From contig CAVVXN010000005.1 of NCBI GenBank assembly GCA_963752285.1, positions 2,272,001-2,336,000 on the forward strand: 64,000 nucleotides of DNA, in the 5' to 3' direction. This document shows positions 10,268 to 19,001 of this stretch, piece after piece. The notes beneath the pieces are model-generated. The model worked only from the letters and a program-made list of their open reading frames with translations. It searched no databases and was not told where the DNA came from. Each line of letters opens with the position of its first letter. The stretch's first letter is position 1. The position numbers and the translations under genes were made by a program. Source of the stretch: an uncultured Planctomycetota bacterium. Lineage in GTDB: Bacteria; Planctomycetota; PLA2; JAEUHO01.

Positions 10268-10295
10268 ATCTTCATATCCATATCAGAAGATATGA
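10264..10295. promoter_or_regulatory. Palindromic operator candidate overlapping the regulator start codon
   Basis: TCATATCTTC-N12-GAAGATATGA perfect 10-bp inverted repeat with internal CATATC copies; AT-rich island in very GC-rich DNA. Confidence 0.75.
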
Positions 10296-10415
10296 GCAGG
10301 GCCAGGCGTGGAAGGGGCGCGACGGCCGGGCGGGGTCGGGGAGCGACTCCGGGGAGAGGGCGGCGGGCGGCGGGGACCGCGGCGACCGGAGGGGACGGGC
10401 CCGACGGGGCGCGTC

Positions 10416-12179
10416 TCAGACCGGTACGGGGACGGGGCGACGCGACGAGGGGGCCTCGTCGGGCGCCTCCGCGCCCTCCCCCCCGGCGTCGCGGCGGATC
10501 AGGAGGATCCGCGCGCGGACGGGGGGCGGGCCGCGGTCGGGGCCGGGGGCGTCGGGCGACGCGCGGTCCACGTCCTCCGCCTCCTGGACCGTCACGCGGA
10601 CCCGTGGGAGGCCCACGAAGTGCCGGTCCTGGAGCGGCGAGAAGCCCTGGTCGTACGCCTCCAGCATCACGCCGAGCGCGGCACGCAACGGCGCCCAGGC
10701 GACGGTGTCGTCCCAGTACACGAGGTCCACGTCGAGCCGGCGGAACACCTCCGCGAGGTACCGGCGGACGCGGAGCGGGAACACGACCCTGAAGGGCGGG
10801 CCCACGTGCGCCGCCTTCCCGCCCGCGGAGCCGTCCTCCCCGTGCGGGGGGTCGCGGATCAGCGACGGGACGGGCCACGCGTGCGGGCAGAAGAGGTAGC
10901 CGCCGCCGCGGGAGCGAACGCGGTGGCGGGTCATCCGGTCGAGGCGCTGCAGGCGACGGAAGAACGCGCGCCGGTAGACGACCTCGAAGCGACGCGCGAG
11001 CCGAAACGTCGCCTCGGGTAGGGGGAGGTCGTCGGGAGGGGACACGAAGCGCTGTCCGTGGTCGGGGATCCCGACGACCAGGTCGAAGCCCCCGCGCGGG
11101 GCACGTCGCGACGTCGTCACACGCCAGCCCGCCGCGCGCGCGGCCGCGAGCCACGCCGGTTCCGGGCCCGTCCGCCCGGGCCACCAGAGCGTACGAACGA
11201 GCGGACGCGCGGGGTCTTGTCTCGCCGGACCGAGCAGGCGGCCGAGGAGACGCGCCGCGCGGACCGCGAGCAGGAACGCGGCCGCCGTCGCGGCGAGTCC
11301 CATGCCGGTGGTGATCCCGAAACGGCCCGACGGTCCGGTCGGCGCGAGGAGCCGGCCCGTCTGCGCGAGGGCGACGACGAAGAGGAGCGCGAGCAGGGCG
11401 GCGAGCCACGTCGCGCGGAGCCACGCGTCGATCCGGGTCGCGGCCACGCGGCCCTCCTCGTCCCGGCGCCAGAGCCAGAAGCGTCCCCAGGGCCAGTGGA
11501 CGAGCCCGCGACCCGCGACGACGGCGAACGGACCGAAGAGCGCGAGCGGGACCCAGCCCGGCAGCGCGGCGAACGCGAGGAAGAGACCCACGAACGCGGC
11601 GACGCGGAGGACCAGGCGCCGCGCGCGTGTCGCCGGTGGCGCGCGGTCCGCGCGGCCGGGAACGAGACCGAGCGTGGAGACGAGACCGAACAGGAGCCAC
11701 AGGAGCGTCAGGAGGAGCACGTACGGCGTGTACGCGAGGTGCCACCGCGTGAAGAGGAGCGCATCCGGGATCTGGGGACCCAGGAGGAGGGCCACGACCA
11801 CGAGCCCCGAGAGCACGAGGAGCGTCGTCCGGCGCGGCGCCCATGCACACGGGGTCGGCGCCTCGGGCAGGCGGAACGCGAGCGCCGCGGCGGGCTCGGT
11901 TCGGCGCGCGACCGCTTCGACCGCGCGCCGCACCGCGTGCGCGAAGCGTCGGCTCAGCGGCGCCCGGCCGGAGCGCGCCCCGTTCGCGAGCGCCCCCACC
12001 GTGAGGAGCAGGAGCAGCACACCCACCACGTCGCCCGACTCGTCGGGGAACGCGCGGCCGAACCCCTCGAGGATCGCGATCCCGAGCCCGAGAAGGCCCG
12101 CCTCGAGGAGGAGGTCCCCCGCGTGGTTCGGGTGGATCTCGCGCGCGAGTCGAAGGCGTAGGCTCGTGAAGAAGCGCAT
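10416..12179 (-). CDS. Hypothetical polytopic membrane protein with C-terminal soluble domain
   Basis: 587 aa; several hydrophobic segments in the N-terminal half; soluble C-terminal region (GYLFCPHAW, VGPPF, LDVDLVYWDD, HFVGLPRVRV). Confidence 0.75.
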   Translation of the reverse strand: MRFFTSLRLRLAREIHPNHAGDLLLEAGLLGLGIAILEGFGRAFPDESGDVVGVLLLLLTVGALANGARSGRAPLSRRFAHAVRRAVEAVARRTEPAAALAFRLPEAPTPCAWAPRRTTLLVLSGLVVVALLLGPQIPDALLFTRWHLAYTPYVLLLTLLWLLFGLVSTLGLVPGRADRAPPATRARRLVLRVAAFVGLFLAFAALPGWVPLALFGPFAVVAGRGLVHWPWGRFWLWRRDEEGRVAATRIDAWLRATWLAALLALLFVVALAQTGRLLAPTGPSGRFGITTGMGLAATAAAFLLAVRAARLLGRLLGPARQDPARPLVRTLWWPGRTGPEPAWLAAARAAGWRVTTSRRAPRGGFDLVVGIPDHGQRFVSPPDDLPLPEATFRLARRFEVVYRRAFFRRLQRLDRMTRHRVRSRGGGYLFCPHAWPVPSLIRDPPHGEDGSAGGKAAHVGPPFRVVFPLRVRRYLAEVFRRLDVDLVYWDDTVAWAPLRAALGVMLEAYDQGFSPLQDRHFVGLPRVRVTVQEAEDVDRASPDAPGPDRGPPPVRARILLIRRDAGGEGAEAPDEAPSSRRPVPVPV

Positions 12180-12272
12180 CGGGGTCGCCCCACTCTACGC
12201 CGCGGGCCGCCGGCCTGCCCCGACAGGTGGGCGGCCGCCCCGGCCCGCGGCGGGGGTGGGCGAAGCGCTCGA

Positions 12273-12464
12273 TCAGATGTCGGGGCGATCGTCCACGAGG
12301 GCGAGCCCGTTCACGGCCTGCCAGAGCGAGGCCATCGCCTCCCTCACGTTCGCGGCGGCCGTCGGCGGGAGCGGGGACGCGGCGAGGCGGGCGAGGGCCT
12401 CGTACGCCTCGACGAGGCGCGCTTCCCAGTCCGTCATCTCGCGGCCGAGCAGGTCCTTCGCCAT
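12273..12464 (-). CDS. Small hypothetical protein (63 aa) downstream of CoA ligase
   Basis: MAKDLLGREMTDWEARLVEAYEAL...; ATG 1 nt after the ligase stop, GGGAG upstream; normal amino-acid composition. Confidence 0.7.
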   Translation of the reverse strand: MAKDLLGREMTDWEARLVEAYEALARLAASPLPPTAAANVREAMASLWQAVNGLALVDDRPDI

Positions 12465-12465
12465 C

Positions 12466-13812
12466 TCAGCTCCCACTCCCCTTCACGACGCGGTCGTCTT
12501 TCACCCGCTTCGCCTTGAGCTCGAAGCGCGGCAGGAGACCGGTCTCGACGCGGCGCACCACGAAGCCCAGCCCCTCGTGATGCGTGGAGAGGTCCTTCTG
12601 GAGTCGCGGCTCGACCGACGACCAGTCGCCCTCGTGGCCCTCGCGGACCTCGCACAGCACCTCGATCTCGTCGCGGATGCCCTCGGCCGTGTACAGGTGG
12701 ATCTGGAACTCGTCCACGGCCGGGTACTCCCGCACGATCGCCTCCACGGCTCGGGGGTACACGTTCGTCCCGCGGATGAGGAGCATGTCGTCCACGCGCC
12801 CCCGGATGCCGCCTTCGTAGAGGTCCCAGGTCCGGCCGCAGTCGCACGTGTCGTGGGGAACCTTGAGGACGAGGTCACGGGTGCGGTAGCGGAGCAGCGG
12901 GATCATCCCGCGCCCGAACGAGGTCACCACCCGCTCGCCCTGCTCGCCGTACCCGATGGGGTCGCCGGTCGCGGGGTCCACGACCTCCTCGATGAAGTGG
13001 TCCTCGATGACGTGCGTGCCGCCCGGCTGACGTTCGCACTCGAACATGAGGATCGTGCCGATCTCGGTCATGCCGGCCGTGTCGGCCGCCTTCGCGCCCC
13101 ACTGGTCCTCGATCATGCGCTTCGACGCGGGAATGGAACCCGCGGGCTCGCCGGAGAGGACCAACCGCTCGACGGGCCCGGTCCGGAGGTCGATGCCCAG
13201 GGCCGCGGCCTCCTGCGCGAGACGGAGCGCGTAGGTGGGCGTCGCGCAGACGACCGTGGCCTCCATCTCGTCGATCATCTCGACGCGCTGCGAGGTGGTC
13301 ATGTTGCCCGAAGGGATGACGAGGCAGCCCATCTTCTCGCAGCCGTAGTGCGCCCCCCAGAAGCCGATGAACGTGCCGTACGAGAACGCGAAGAAGACCC
13401 GGTCCTTCGGACGCACGCCGAAGCCGTGGAACGCGTAGCACCAGCATTCCGCGATCCACTTCCAGTCGATGCGGCCGTCGAGGACGCGGAGCGGCGTCCG
13501 GCCCGAGGTGCCGGACGTCGTGTGATAGCGCACCGCGCGGTCCACGGGCCGGACCAGCATGTCGCCGAACGGCGGATGCTCCTGCTGACACGACATCCAG
13601 GCGTCCCGCGTCGTGAAGGGGATCTTCGACAGGTCCGCGAGCCCCCCCACGTCGTCCGGCGTGATCCCGGCCCGGTCGAAGAGCCGTCGGTGGAACGCGC
13701 TCCCGTCGTACGCACGCCGCACGAGCAAGCGGAGACGGAGCCCCTGGAGGGCGGCGAGGTCCCTCCTCGGGAGCGTCTCGAGCTTCGGGTTCCAGAAGCG
13801 GTCGTCGGGCAT
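12466..13812 (-). CDS. Phenylacetate-CoA ligase family (PaaK-like) aryl-CoA ligase
   Basis: YHTTSGTSG P-loop, ATPTYA, SGEP, AGMTE, LLRYRTRD, GRVDDMLLIRGTNVYP. Confidence 0.9.
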   Translation of the reverse strand: MPDDRFWNPKLETLPRRDLAALQGLRLRLLVRRAYDGSAFHRRLFDRAGITPDDVGGLADLSKIPFTTRDAWMSCQQEHPPFGDMLVRPVDRAVRYHTTSGTSGRTPLRVLDGRIDWKWIAECWCYAFHGFGVRPKDRVFFAFSYGTFIGFWGAHYGCEKMGCLVIPSGNMTTSQRVEMIDEMEATVVCATPTYALRLAQEAAALGIDLRTGPVERLVLSGEPAGSIPASKRMIEDQWGAKAADTAGMTEIGTILMFECERQPGGTHVIEDHFIEEVVDPATGDPIGYGEQGERVVTSFGRGMIPLLRYRTRDLVLKVPHDTCDCGRTWDLYEGGIRGRVDDMLLIRGTNVYPRAVEAIVREYPAVDEFQIHLYTAEGIRDEIEVLCEVREGHEGDWSSVEPRLQKDLSTHHEGLGFVVRRVETGLLPRFELKAKRVKDDRVVKGSGS

Positions 13813-13985
13813 CGGCCGGGGGACCCTCCTCCCGCCCCGCCGCGGGGCGGCGGCGAGGGTAGCGACCTCGCGGGGCCCGCGCGAGGCCCGGGTCCGCCGC
13901 GCGCGCCGCGCCCCCGGCCGACGGGTAGGCTCCGGCGCCGGGTCGCCGGGCGGGCCCGGCCGGCCTGCGAGACGAGGGAGCCGGG

Positions 13986-14435
13986 ATGGCGTTTCGCTGC
14001 GAGATCCCCGTGCGGTTCGCCGACTGCGACGCGGCGTGGATCGTCTACCACCCGCGGATCCCCCACTTCTGCCACGTCGCGATGGAGACGATGTTCGCGC
14101 GCCACGTGGGCGTGCCGTACGCGAGGGCGCTCCGCGAGGAAGACGTCGGGTACCCGACCGTGCGGCTCGAGGCCGAGTACCGGCGGCCGATCCCGATGGG
14201 CGCGACGCTCCTGGTGGACGTCTCCGTCGCGCGCCTGGGGAACCGGAGCGTGGACCTCCGCTACGAGGGGCGCCTCGCCGACGGCGCCGAGCCCGTCTTC
14301 GTCGTGCGCGCGCGGCAGGTCGCGACGAGCCTGGCCCGCTGGGAGAGCCGCGACATGCCCCCCCACCACCGGCAGGGATTCGCGGCGCTGCTCGAACGCG
14401 AGGACCCCCGGGCCGCGGACGGCCCGCGCCCCTGA
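13986..14435 (+). CDS. Hotdog-fold acyl-CoA thioesterase (4HBT family)
   Basis: VRFADCDAAWIVYHP motif, PTVRLEAEYRRP; GAGGGAG RBS. Confidence 0.88.
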   Translation: MAFRCEIPVRFADCDAAWIVYHPRIPHFCHVAMETMFARHVGVPYARALREEDVGYPTVRLEAEYRRPIPMGATLLVDVSVARLGNRSVDLRYEGRLADGAEPVFVVRARQVATSLARWESRDMPPHHRQGFAALLEREDPRAADGPRP

Positions 14436-14439
14436 CCGG

Positions 14440-15987
14440 TCAGGGACGGCGCCGCGGCGCGAGGGCTTCCTTCGCCGCGGCGCGCACGGCGGCGTCGGGG
14501 TCGTCTTTCTCGAGCTTTCGGAGCACCCTCGCCACCCTCGAGGGGGGCCGCCCGATCGCCCCCAGGGCGCGCACGGCCGCCGCGCGCACGCTCGCCTCGG
14601 CGTCGCCGAGGGCGGAGAGCAGCTCGTCCACCGCGCCCTTCGCCGGCGCGCCGACCGCGCCGATCGCCTCGGCGGCGCCCTGGCGAAGCGTCGCGTCGTC
14701 GGAGCGAAGCGCCGTGAGGAGCGCCGGCAGCGCCGGGGCCGCACCCGATCCGAGCCGCGCGAGGCTCGCGAGGGCCGCGCGCCGCACGCCGGGATCGTCG
14801 TCCGCGAGGCGGTCCACGAGCGACGTCACCACGTCGCCCGCCCCGGGCGCCGACGCGAGGTCGGACCGGCCGAGGGCCGTCACGACGGCGACGCGCACCG
14901 CGGCGTCGGTGCTCGCGAGCGCCGAGAGCAGCGCGGGCAACACGTCCTTCGCGTCCGCCCCCAGGTGCGAGACGACCTCGGCGGCCCGCGCCCGGACCGC
15001 GCCGTCCGCGTCGAGGAGGGCGCCCACGGCGGGCGCCGCGGCCGGGCCCATCGGGCGGCCGTCGGCGGCGAGGAGGACGAGCGCGCCGAGCGCCGCCTCG
15101 CGCGCATGCGCGCTGTTCTTGTCGCCGAGCGCCGCGCCGAGCGGACCGACCGCGGCGTCGAGCGCCGCGCGACGCGTCGGGTCCGCGGGACCGCGCTCGG
15201 CTGCGACCTTGGCGTCCACGCTCGCGATCTTCCCGATCGCGGACGCGGCGGCGAGGCGGACGCTCCAGTCGTCCGCCGCGAGGAGTCGCGTGGCCGCGGC
15301 GACCACCGCGCCCCGCACGCCGTCGCGCTGCATCTCCGTGAGCGCGAGAACGGCTTCTCGCGCCACGCGCGGGTCCTCGCTTTCGAGCGCGGCCTCGAGT
15401 CGCGCCGCGCCGGCGTCGTCGCCGGGCCGGGCGAGGAAGAGCGCGTGCGCGGCCGCCATCGCCCGGAGCGGCGCGTCCGACGCGAGCGTCTTCTCGAGGT
15501 AGGGCACGGCCGCCGAGCCGAGGCGCACGAACGCGTCGCCGGCCTTCACGCGGACGTCCGTCTCCTCGTCGGCCATCGCGTCGAGGAGGGCGGCGAGCGA
15601 CTCGTCGCCGGTCGCGCGCACGTGGCCGAGCGACTCCACCGCGGCGCCGCGCACGTTCCATACGGCGTCCTTCGTGAGCGGCACGAGCGCCGGCGCCGCC
15701 GACGCGCCCTTCTCGCCGAGCCCCCCGACCGCGACGGCGGCCCAGTAGCGGACGAGCTGGCTCCGGTCTCCGAGCGCCGTCTCGATCGCGGGCAGGGCCT
15801 CCTTTGCGTGGACGCCCATCTTCGCGAGGGCCTCGGCCGCCGCGGCGCGGACCTCCTTGTCGGGGTTCGCGAGCCGCTCGGCCTCGGCCTTCGCGTCGGC
15901 CCGCGCCGGGCGCGCGAGGAGGAGCGGGGACGAGAGCGCGACGACGAGGAGGACGAGGTGCGAAGGGCGCGTGGGCGTCGTCGGCAT
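14440..15987 (-). CDS. Exported HEAT-repeat protein
   Basis: Signal peptide ending ARPARA|DAK; many LxDxDxxVRxxAAxALG repeats; alternative GTG start at 16002 overlaps the HMG-CoA lyase stop. Confidence 0.88.
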   Translation of the reverse strand: MPTTPTRPSHLVLLVVALSSPLLLARPARADAKAEAERLANPDKEVRAAAAEALAKMGVHAKEALPAIETALGDRSQLVRYWAAVAVGGLGEKGASAAPALVPLTKDAVWNVRGAAVESLGHVRATGDESLAALLDAMADEETDVRVKAGDAFVRLGSAAVPYLEKTLASDAPLRAMAAAHALFLARPGDDAGAARLEAALESEDPRVAREAVLALTEMQRDGVRGAVVAAATRLLAADDWSVRLAAASAIGKIASVDAKVAAERGPADPTRRAALDAAVGPLGAALGDKNSAHAREAALGALVLLAADGRPMGPAAAPAVGALLDADGAVRARAAEVVSHLGADAKDVLPALLSALASTDAAVRVAVVTALGRSDLASAPGAGDVVTSLVDRLADDDPGVRRAALASLARLGSGAAPALPALLTALRSDDATLRQGAAEAIGAVGAPAKGAVDELLSALGDAEASVRAAAVRALGAIGRPPSRVARVLRKLEKDDPDAAVRAAAKEALAPRRRP

Positions 15988-15998
15988 GGGGAGGTGTC

Positions 15999-16943
15999 TC
16001 ACGGGGTACGTGGGCCAGGATACGGCGGCGCTTCCACGCCCCGGCCCGCGAGCGGATGGCCGAGGTACGGCGCCACGAGTCGCGAGGCCTCGCGCTGCCG
16101 CTCCACGTCCACGCCGTGCCGGATCCCGAGCCGCTCGAGCAGGTAGAGCGCGTCCTCGGTGGCGAGGTTTCCCGCCGCGCGCGGCGCGAACGGGCAGCCC
16201 CCGACACCGCCGCTGCTCGCGTCGTACGCGGCCACGCCGTGGCGGAGCCCCTCCATCAGGTTCGCCACGGCCGTCCCGCGCGTGTCGTGGAAGTGGAGGA
16301 CCACCTTCTCGGTCCCGACGAACGGCAGGAGGACGTCGAGCAGGCGCGCGACGTCGAGCGGGGTCGCGGCGCCGATCGTGTCGCCGATCGAGATCTCGTC
16401 GCACCCGAGGTCGAGGAGCCGCGCGGAGACGTCGCGCACGGCGTCGGGCCGGATGGCGCCCTCGTACGGGCAGACGAAGGCCGTCGAGACGTAGCCGCGG
16501 AGCCGAAGGCGTGCGTCCTTGGCGCCGCGCGCGACGGGCCGGAAGCGCTCGATCGACTCGGCGATGGACGCGTTCACGTTGCGGCGGTTGAACGTCTCCG
16601 ACGCGGCCGTGAACACGGCGACCTTGCCGATCGTGCCGACGGCGAGGGCGCGGTCCAGGCCCCTCTGGTTCGGTACGAGCGCGCCGTACACCACGCCGTC
16701 GGGTGGCGGGCCGAGCGCGCGAAAGAGCGCCTCGGCGTCGGCCAGCTGGGGCACCACGTCGGGCCGGACGAACGACGACACCTCGACGTCGCGGTGCCCC
16801 GCGGCGACGAGCGCGCGGACGAAGGCGGCCTTCACCTCGGTCGGAATGACGTCCGCCTCGTTCTGGAGACCGTCGCGCGGGCCCACCTCGGTCAGGCGGA
16901 CCCCGCGGGGGACGGCGGACGGCGCGCTGGCGCCCGCGGTCAC
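15999..16943 (-). CDS. liuE: Hydroxymethylglutaryl-CoA lyase
   Basis: EVGPRDGLQNE, GDTIG, HFHDTRG, GGCPFAPRAAGNLATED. Confidence 0.95.
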   Translation of the reverse strand: MTAGASAPSAVPRGVRLTEVGPRDGLQNEADVIPTEVKAAFVRALVAAGHRDVEVSSFVRPDVVPQLADAEALFRALGPPPDGVVYGALVPNQRGLDRALAVGTIGKVAVFTAASETFNRRNVNASIAESIERFRPVARGAKDARLRLRGYVSTAFVCPYEGAIRPDAVRDVSARLLDLGCDEISIGDTIGAATPLDVARLLDVLLPFVGTEKVVLHFHDTRGTAVANLMEGLRHGVAAYDASSGGVGGCPFAPRAAGNLATEDALYLLERLGIRHGVDVERQREASRLVAPYLGHPLAGRGVEAPPYPGPRTP

Positions 16944-17455
16944 GCGGACACCTCGAACGTGACGACGGGGTCGTCCACCTTCACGCGGTCGCCCACCCGG
17001 CCCCGGACGTCCGCCACGGTCGCCGCGCGCGGGGCGCGGACCGCGTACTCCATCTTCATCGCCTCGACGACGAAGAGGACCTGACCCTCCTCGACCGCGT
17101 CGCCGGCGTTCACCGCCACGTTGAGGAGGACGCCCGTCATCGGGCTCGTGCACATGCGGGCGGGACCCGCGGCGCTCTCGGCGCGCCCGCGCCCCTCGGT
17201 CCGGAGCTCGTAGGTCTGGCCGTCCATCGCGAGCCAGAGCGTCGTGCCCTGGCGCGCGAGCACCGCGCGGTGACGTCGCCCCCCCACGCGGAGGATGACT
17301 GCGTCGCTCGCCGGACGGTGGACGTGCGCCTCGACCTTCGACCAGCCGGACGCCGTCTCGACCACGCCCACCACGCGGTCGTCCTCCAGGCGGACGTCGG
17401 CCGACACGACGAGGCCGCCGACGCGCCACGACCGCTCGAGCCGTCCCCCACTCAC
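16940..17455 (-). CDS. Biotin carboxyl carrier subunit (BT-like + biotinyl domain)
   Basis: EAMKM biotinylation motif, SPMTG; GAGGAAG before GTG. Confidence 0.9.
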   Translation of the reverse strand: MSGGRLERSWRVGGLVVSADVRLEDDRVVGVVETASGWSKVEAHVHRPASDAVILRVGGRRHRAVLARQGTTLWLAMDGQTYELRTEGRGRAESAAGPARMCTSPMTGVLLNVAVNAGDAVEEGQVLFVVEAMKMEYAVRAPRAATVADVRGRVGDRVKVDDPVVTFEVSA

Positions 17456-17474
17456 GACGCTTCCTCGTCCCGGA

Positions 17475-19001
17475 TCATCCGCCGCCCCCGTTCGAGAGGC
17501 GGAACCCGCGGAGCGTAGCCCACGGCGAGGGCCTCGGCGCGCCGCCGTTCGACGACGCGCCGTGGCCCGGCGCCGTGCGCGGGAGGAGCAGGTGGGCCGC
17601 CGCGGCGAGGATCACGGGCGCCGTCGGCGGCGGCTCGTCGCAGAGCGTCTTCGAGGCGCGGTCGATGAAGTCCGTGCGGAGCCGGCCGGCACGGAAGTCC
17701 TCGTGCGCGAGGAGGCGGCGCAGGAAGCCGACGTTGGTCCGGAGGCCCAGGACGACCGTCTCGGCCAGCGCGAGGTCCAGGCGGCGGAGCGCCTCCTCGC
17801 GGGTCTGCCCGTGCGCGATCACCTTCGCGAGGAGCGGGTCGTAGTGCGACGTCACCTCCATGCCGACGGCGAGGGCGGAGTCCACGCGCGTGCCGGGACC
17901 CTCGGGCTCGCGGAGCGCGAGGATCTTGCCGGACGACGGCAAGAAGCCGCGCGCGGGGTCCTCCGCGTACACGCGCGCCTCGATCGCGTGGCCGCGCGGG
18001 AGGAACGCGTCGGGTTCGCGCGGGAGCGGCTCGCCGGCCGCCAGGCGGAGCTGCCACGCGACCAGGTCGAGCCCGAGCACGGCCTCGCTCACGGGATGCT
18101 CGACCTGGAGGCGGCGGTTCATCTCGAGGAAGTGGAACCGCCCGTCCTCGTCGAGGAGGAACTCGACGGTGCCCGCGTTGCGGTAGCCGAGCGCGCGGGC
18201 CGCGGCGGCGCCGGCCTCGTGGATGCGGCGGCGGAGGTCGTCGTCGAGGCCCGGGGCCGGCGTCTCCTCGAGCACCTTCTGGTGGCGGCGCTGCACGGAG
18301 CAGTCGCGCTCGCCGAGGACCACGACGTGCCCGGTGTCGTCGGCCAACACTTGCACCTCGACGTGACGCACGTGCTGGAGGATCCTCTCGACGTAGAGCT
18401 CGGCGTCGCCGAACGCGCCGCCGGCCTCGCGACGCGCGGCCTCGGCGCCGGGGAGCAGCTCCGCCTCAGAGTGCACCTCGCGCATGCCCTTCCCGCCGCC
18501 GCCCCGCGCGGCCTTCAGGAGCAGCGGGTAGCCGAGCTCGTTCGCGATGGCGAGCAGGGCGTCTCCGTCGTCGGGCACGACCTCGAGCGGACCGGGGATG
18601 ACGGGGACCCCCGCCTTCGCGACGAGGCGCTTCACGGTCAGCTTGTCCGAGGACGCGGCCAGCACATCCGCCGGCGGGCCGATGAACACGAGGCCGGCGT
18701 CGTGGACGGCCTCTGCGAAGCGCGCGTCCTCGGAGAGGAACCCGTAGCCGGGGTGCACGGCGTCGGCGCCGCTCGACCGCGCGGCGGCGAGGAGCGCGTC
18801 CACGCGGAGATACGAGGCACGCGCCTCGGCGGGGCCGATCGACACGGCCTCGTCGGCCTCGAGCACGTGGCGGTGGTCGGCGTCGGCGTCGCTGTACACG
18901 GCGACCGAGCGGAGCCCGAGCGCGCGGAGCGTCCGGACGATCCGGAGCGCGATCTCGCCGCGGTTCGCGATCAGCACCTTCTCGAAGGGCAGGCGCGTCA
19001 T
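17475..19001 (-). CDS. liuD: Biotin carboxylase subunit of methylcrotonyl-CoA carboxylase (no biotinyl domain)
   Basis: KVLIANRGEIA, HPGYGFLSE, GGGGKGMR, ERDCSVQRRHQK, EMNRRLQVEHPV; lies within liu-type operon. Confidence 0.88.
   Translation of the reverse strand: MTRLPFEKVLIANRGEIALRIVRTLRALGLRSVAVYSDADADHRHVLEADEAVSIGPAEARASYLRVDALLAAARSSGADAVHPGYGFLSEDARFAEAVHDAGLVFIGPPADVLAASSDKLTVKRLVAKAGVPVIPGPLEVVPDDGDALLAIANELGYPLLLKAARGGGGKGMREVHSEAELLPGAEAARREAGGAFGDAELYVERILQHVRHVEVQVLADDTGHVVVLGERDCSVQRRHQKVLEETPAPGLDDDLRRRIHEAGAAAARALGYRNAGTVEFLLDEDGRFHFLEMNRRLQVEHPVSEAVLGLDLVAWQLRLAAGEPLPREPDAFLPRGHAIEARVYAEDPARGFLPSSGKILALREPEGPGTRVDSALAVGMEVTSHYDPLLAKVIAHGQTREEALRRLDLALAETVVLGLRTNVGFLRRLLAHEDFRAGRLRTDFIDRASKTLCDEPPPTAPVILAAAAHLLLPRTAPGHGASSNGGAPRPSPWATLRGFRLSNGGGG

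Noticed and set aside
10296..10415. SAM or cobalamin riboswitch upstream of the metH operon
   Set aside because: No recognisable conserved riboswitch core; a protein-operator palindrome explains regulation better. An Rfam scan would be decisive.
11302..16146. 1614-aa plus-strand ORF and similar giant ORFs (6705..9476, 27222..30983 portion, 30939..35024, 33140..36409, 47555..50797, 56640..59111)
   Set aside because: Arg/Pro/Ala-rich or antisense shadows of well-supported genes; stop codons are rare at this GC content.
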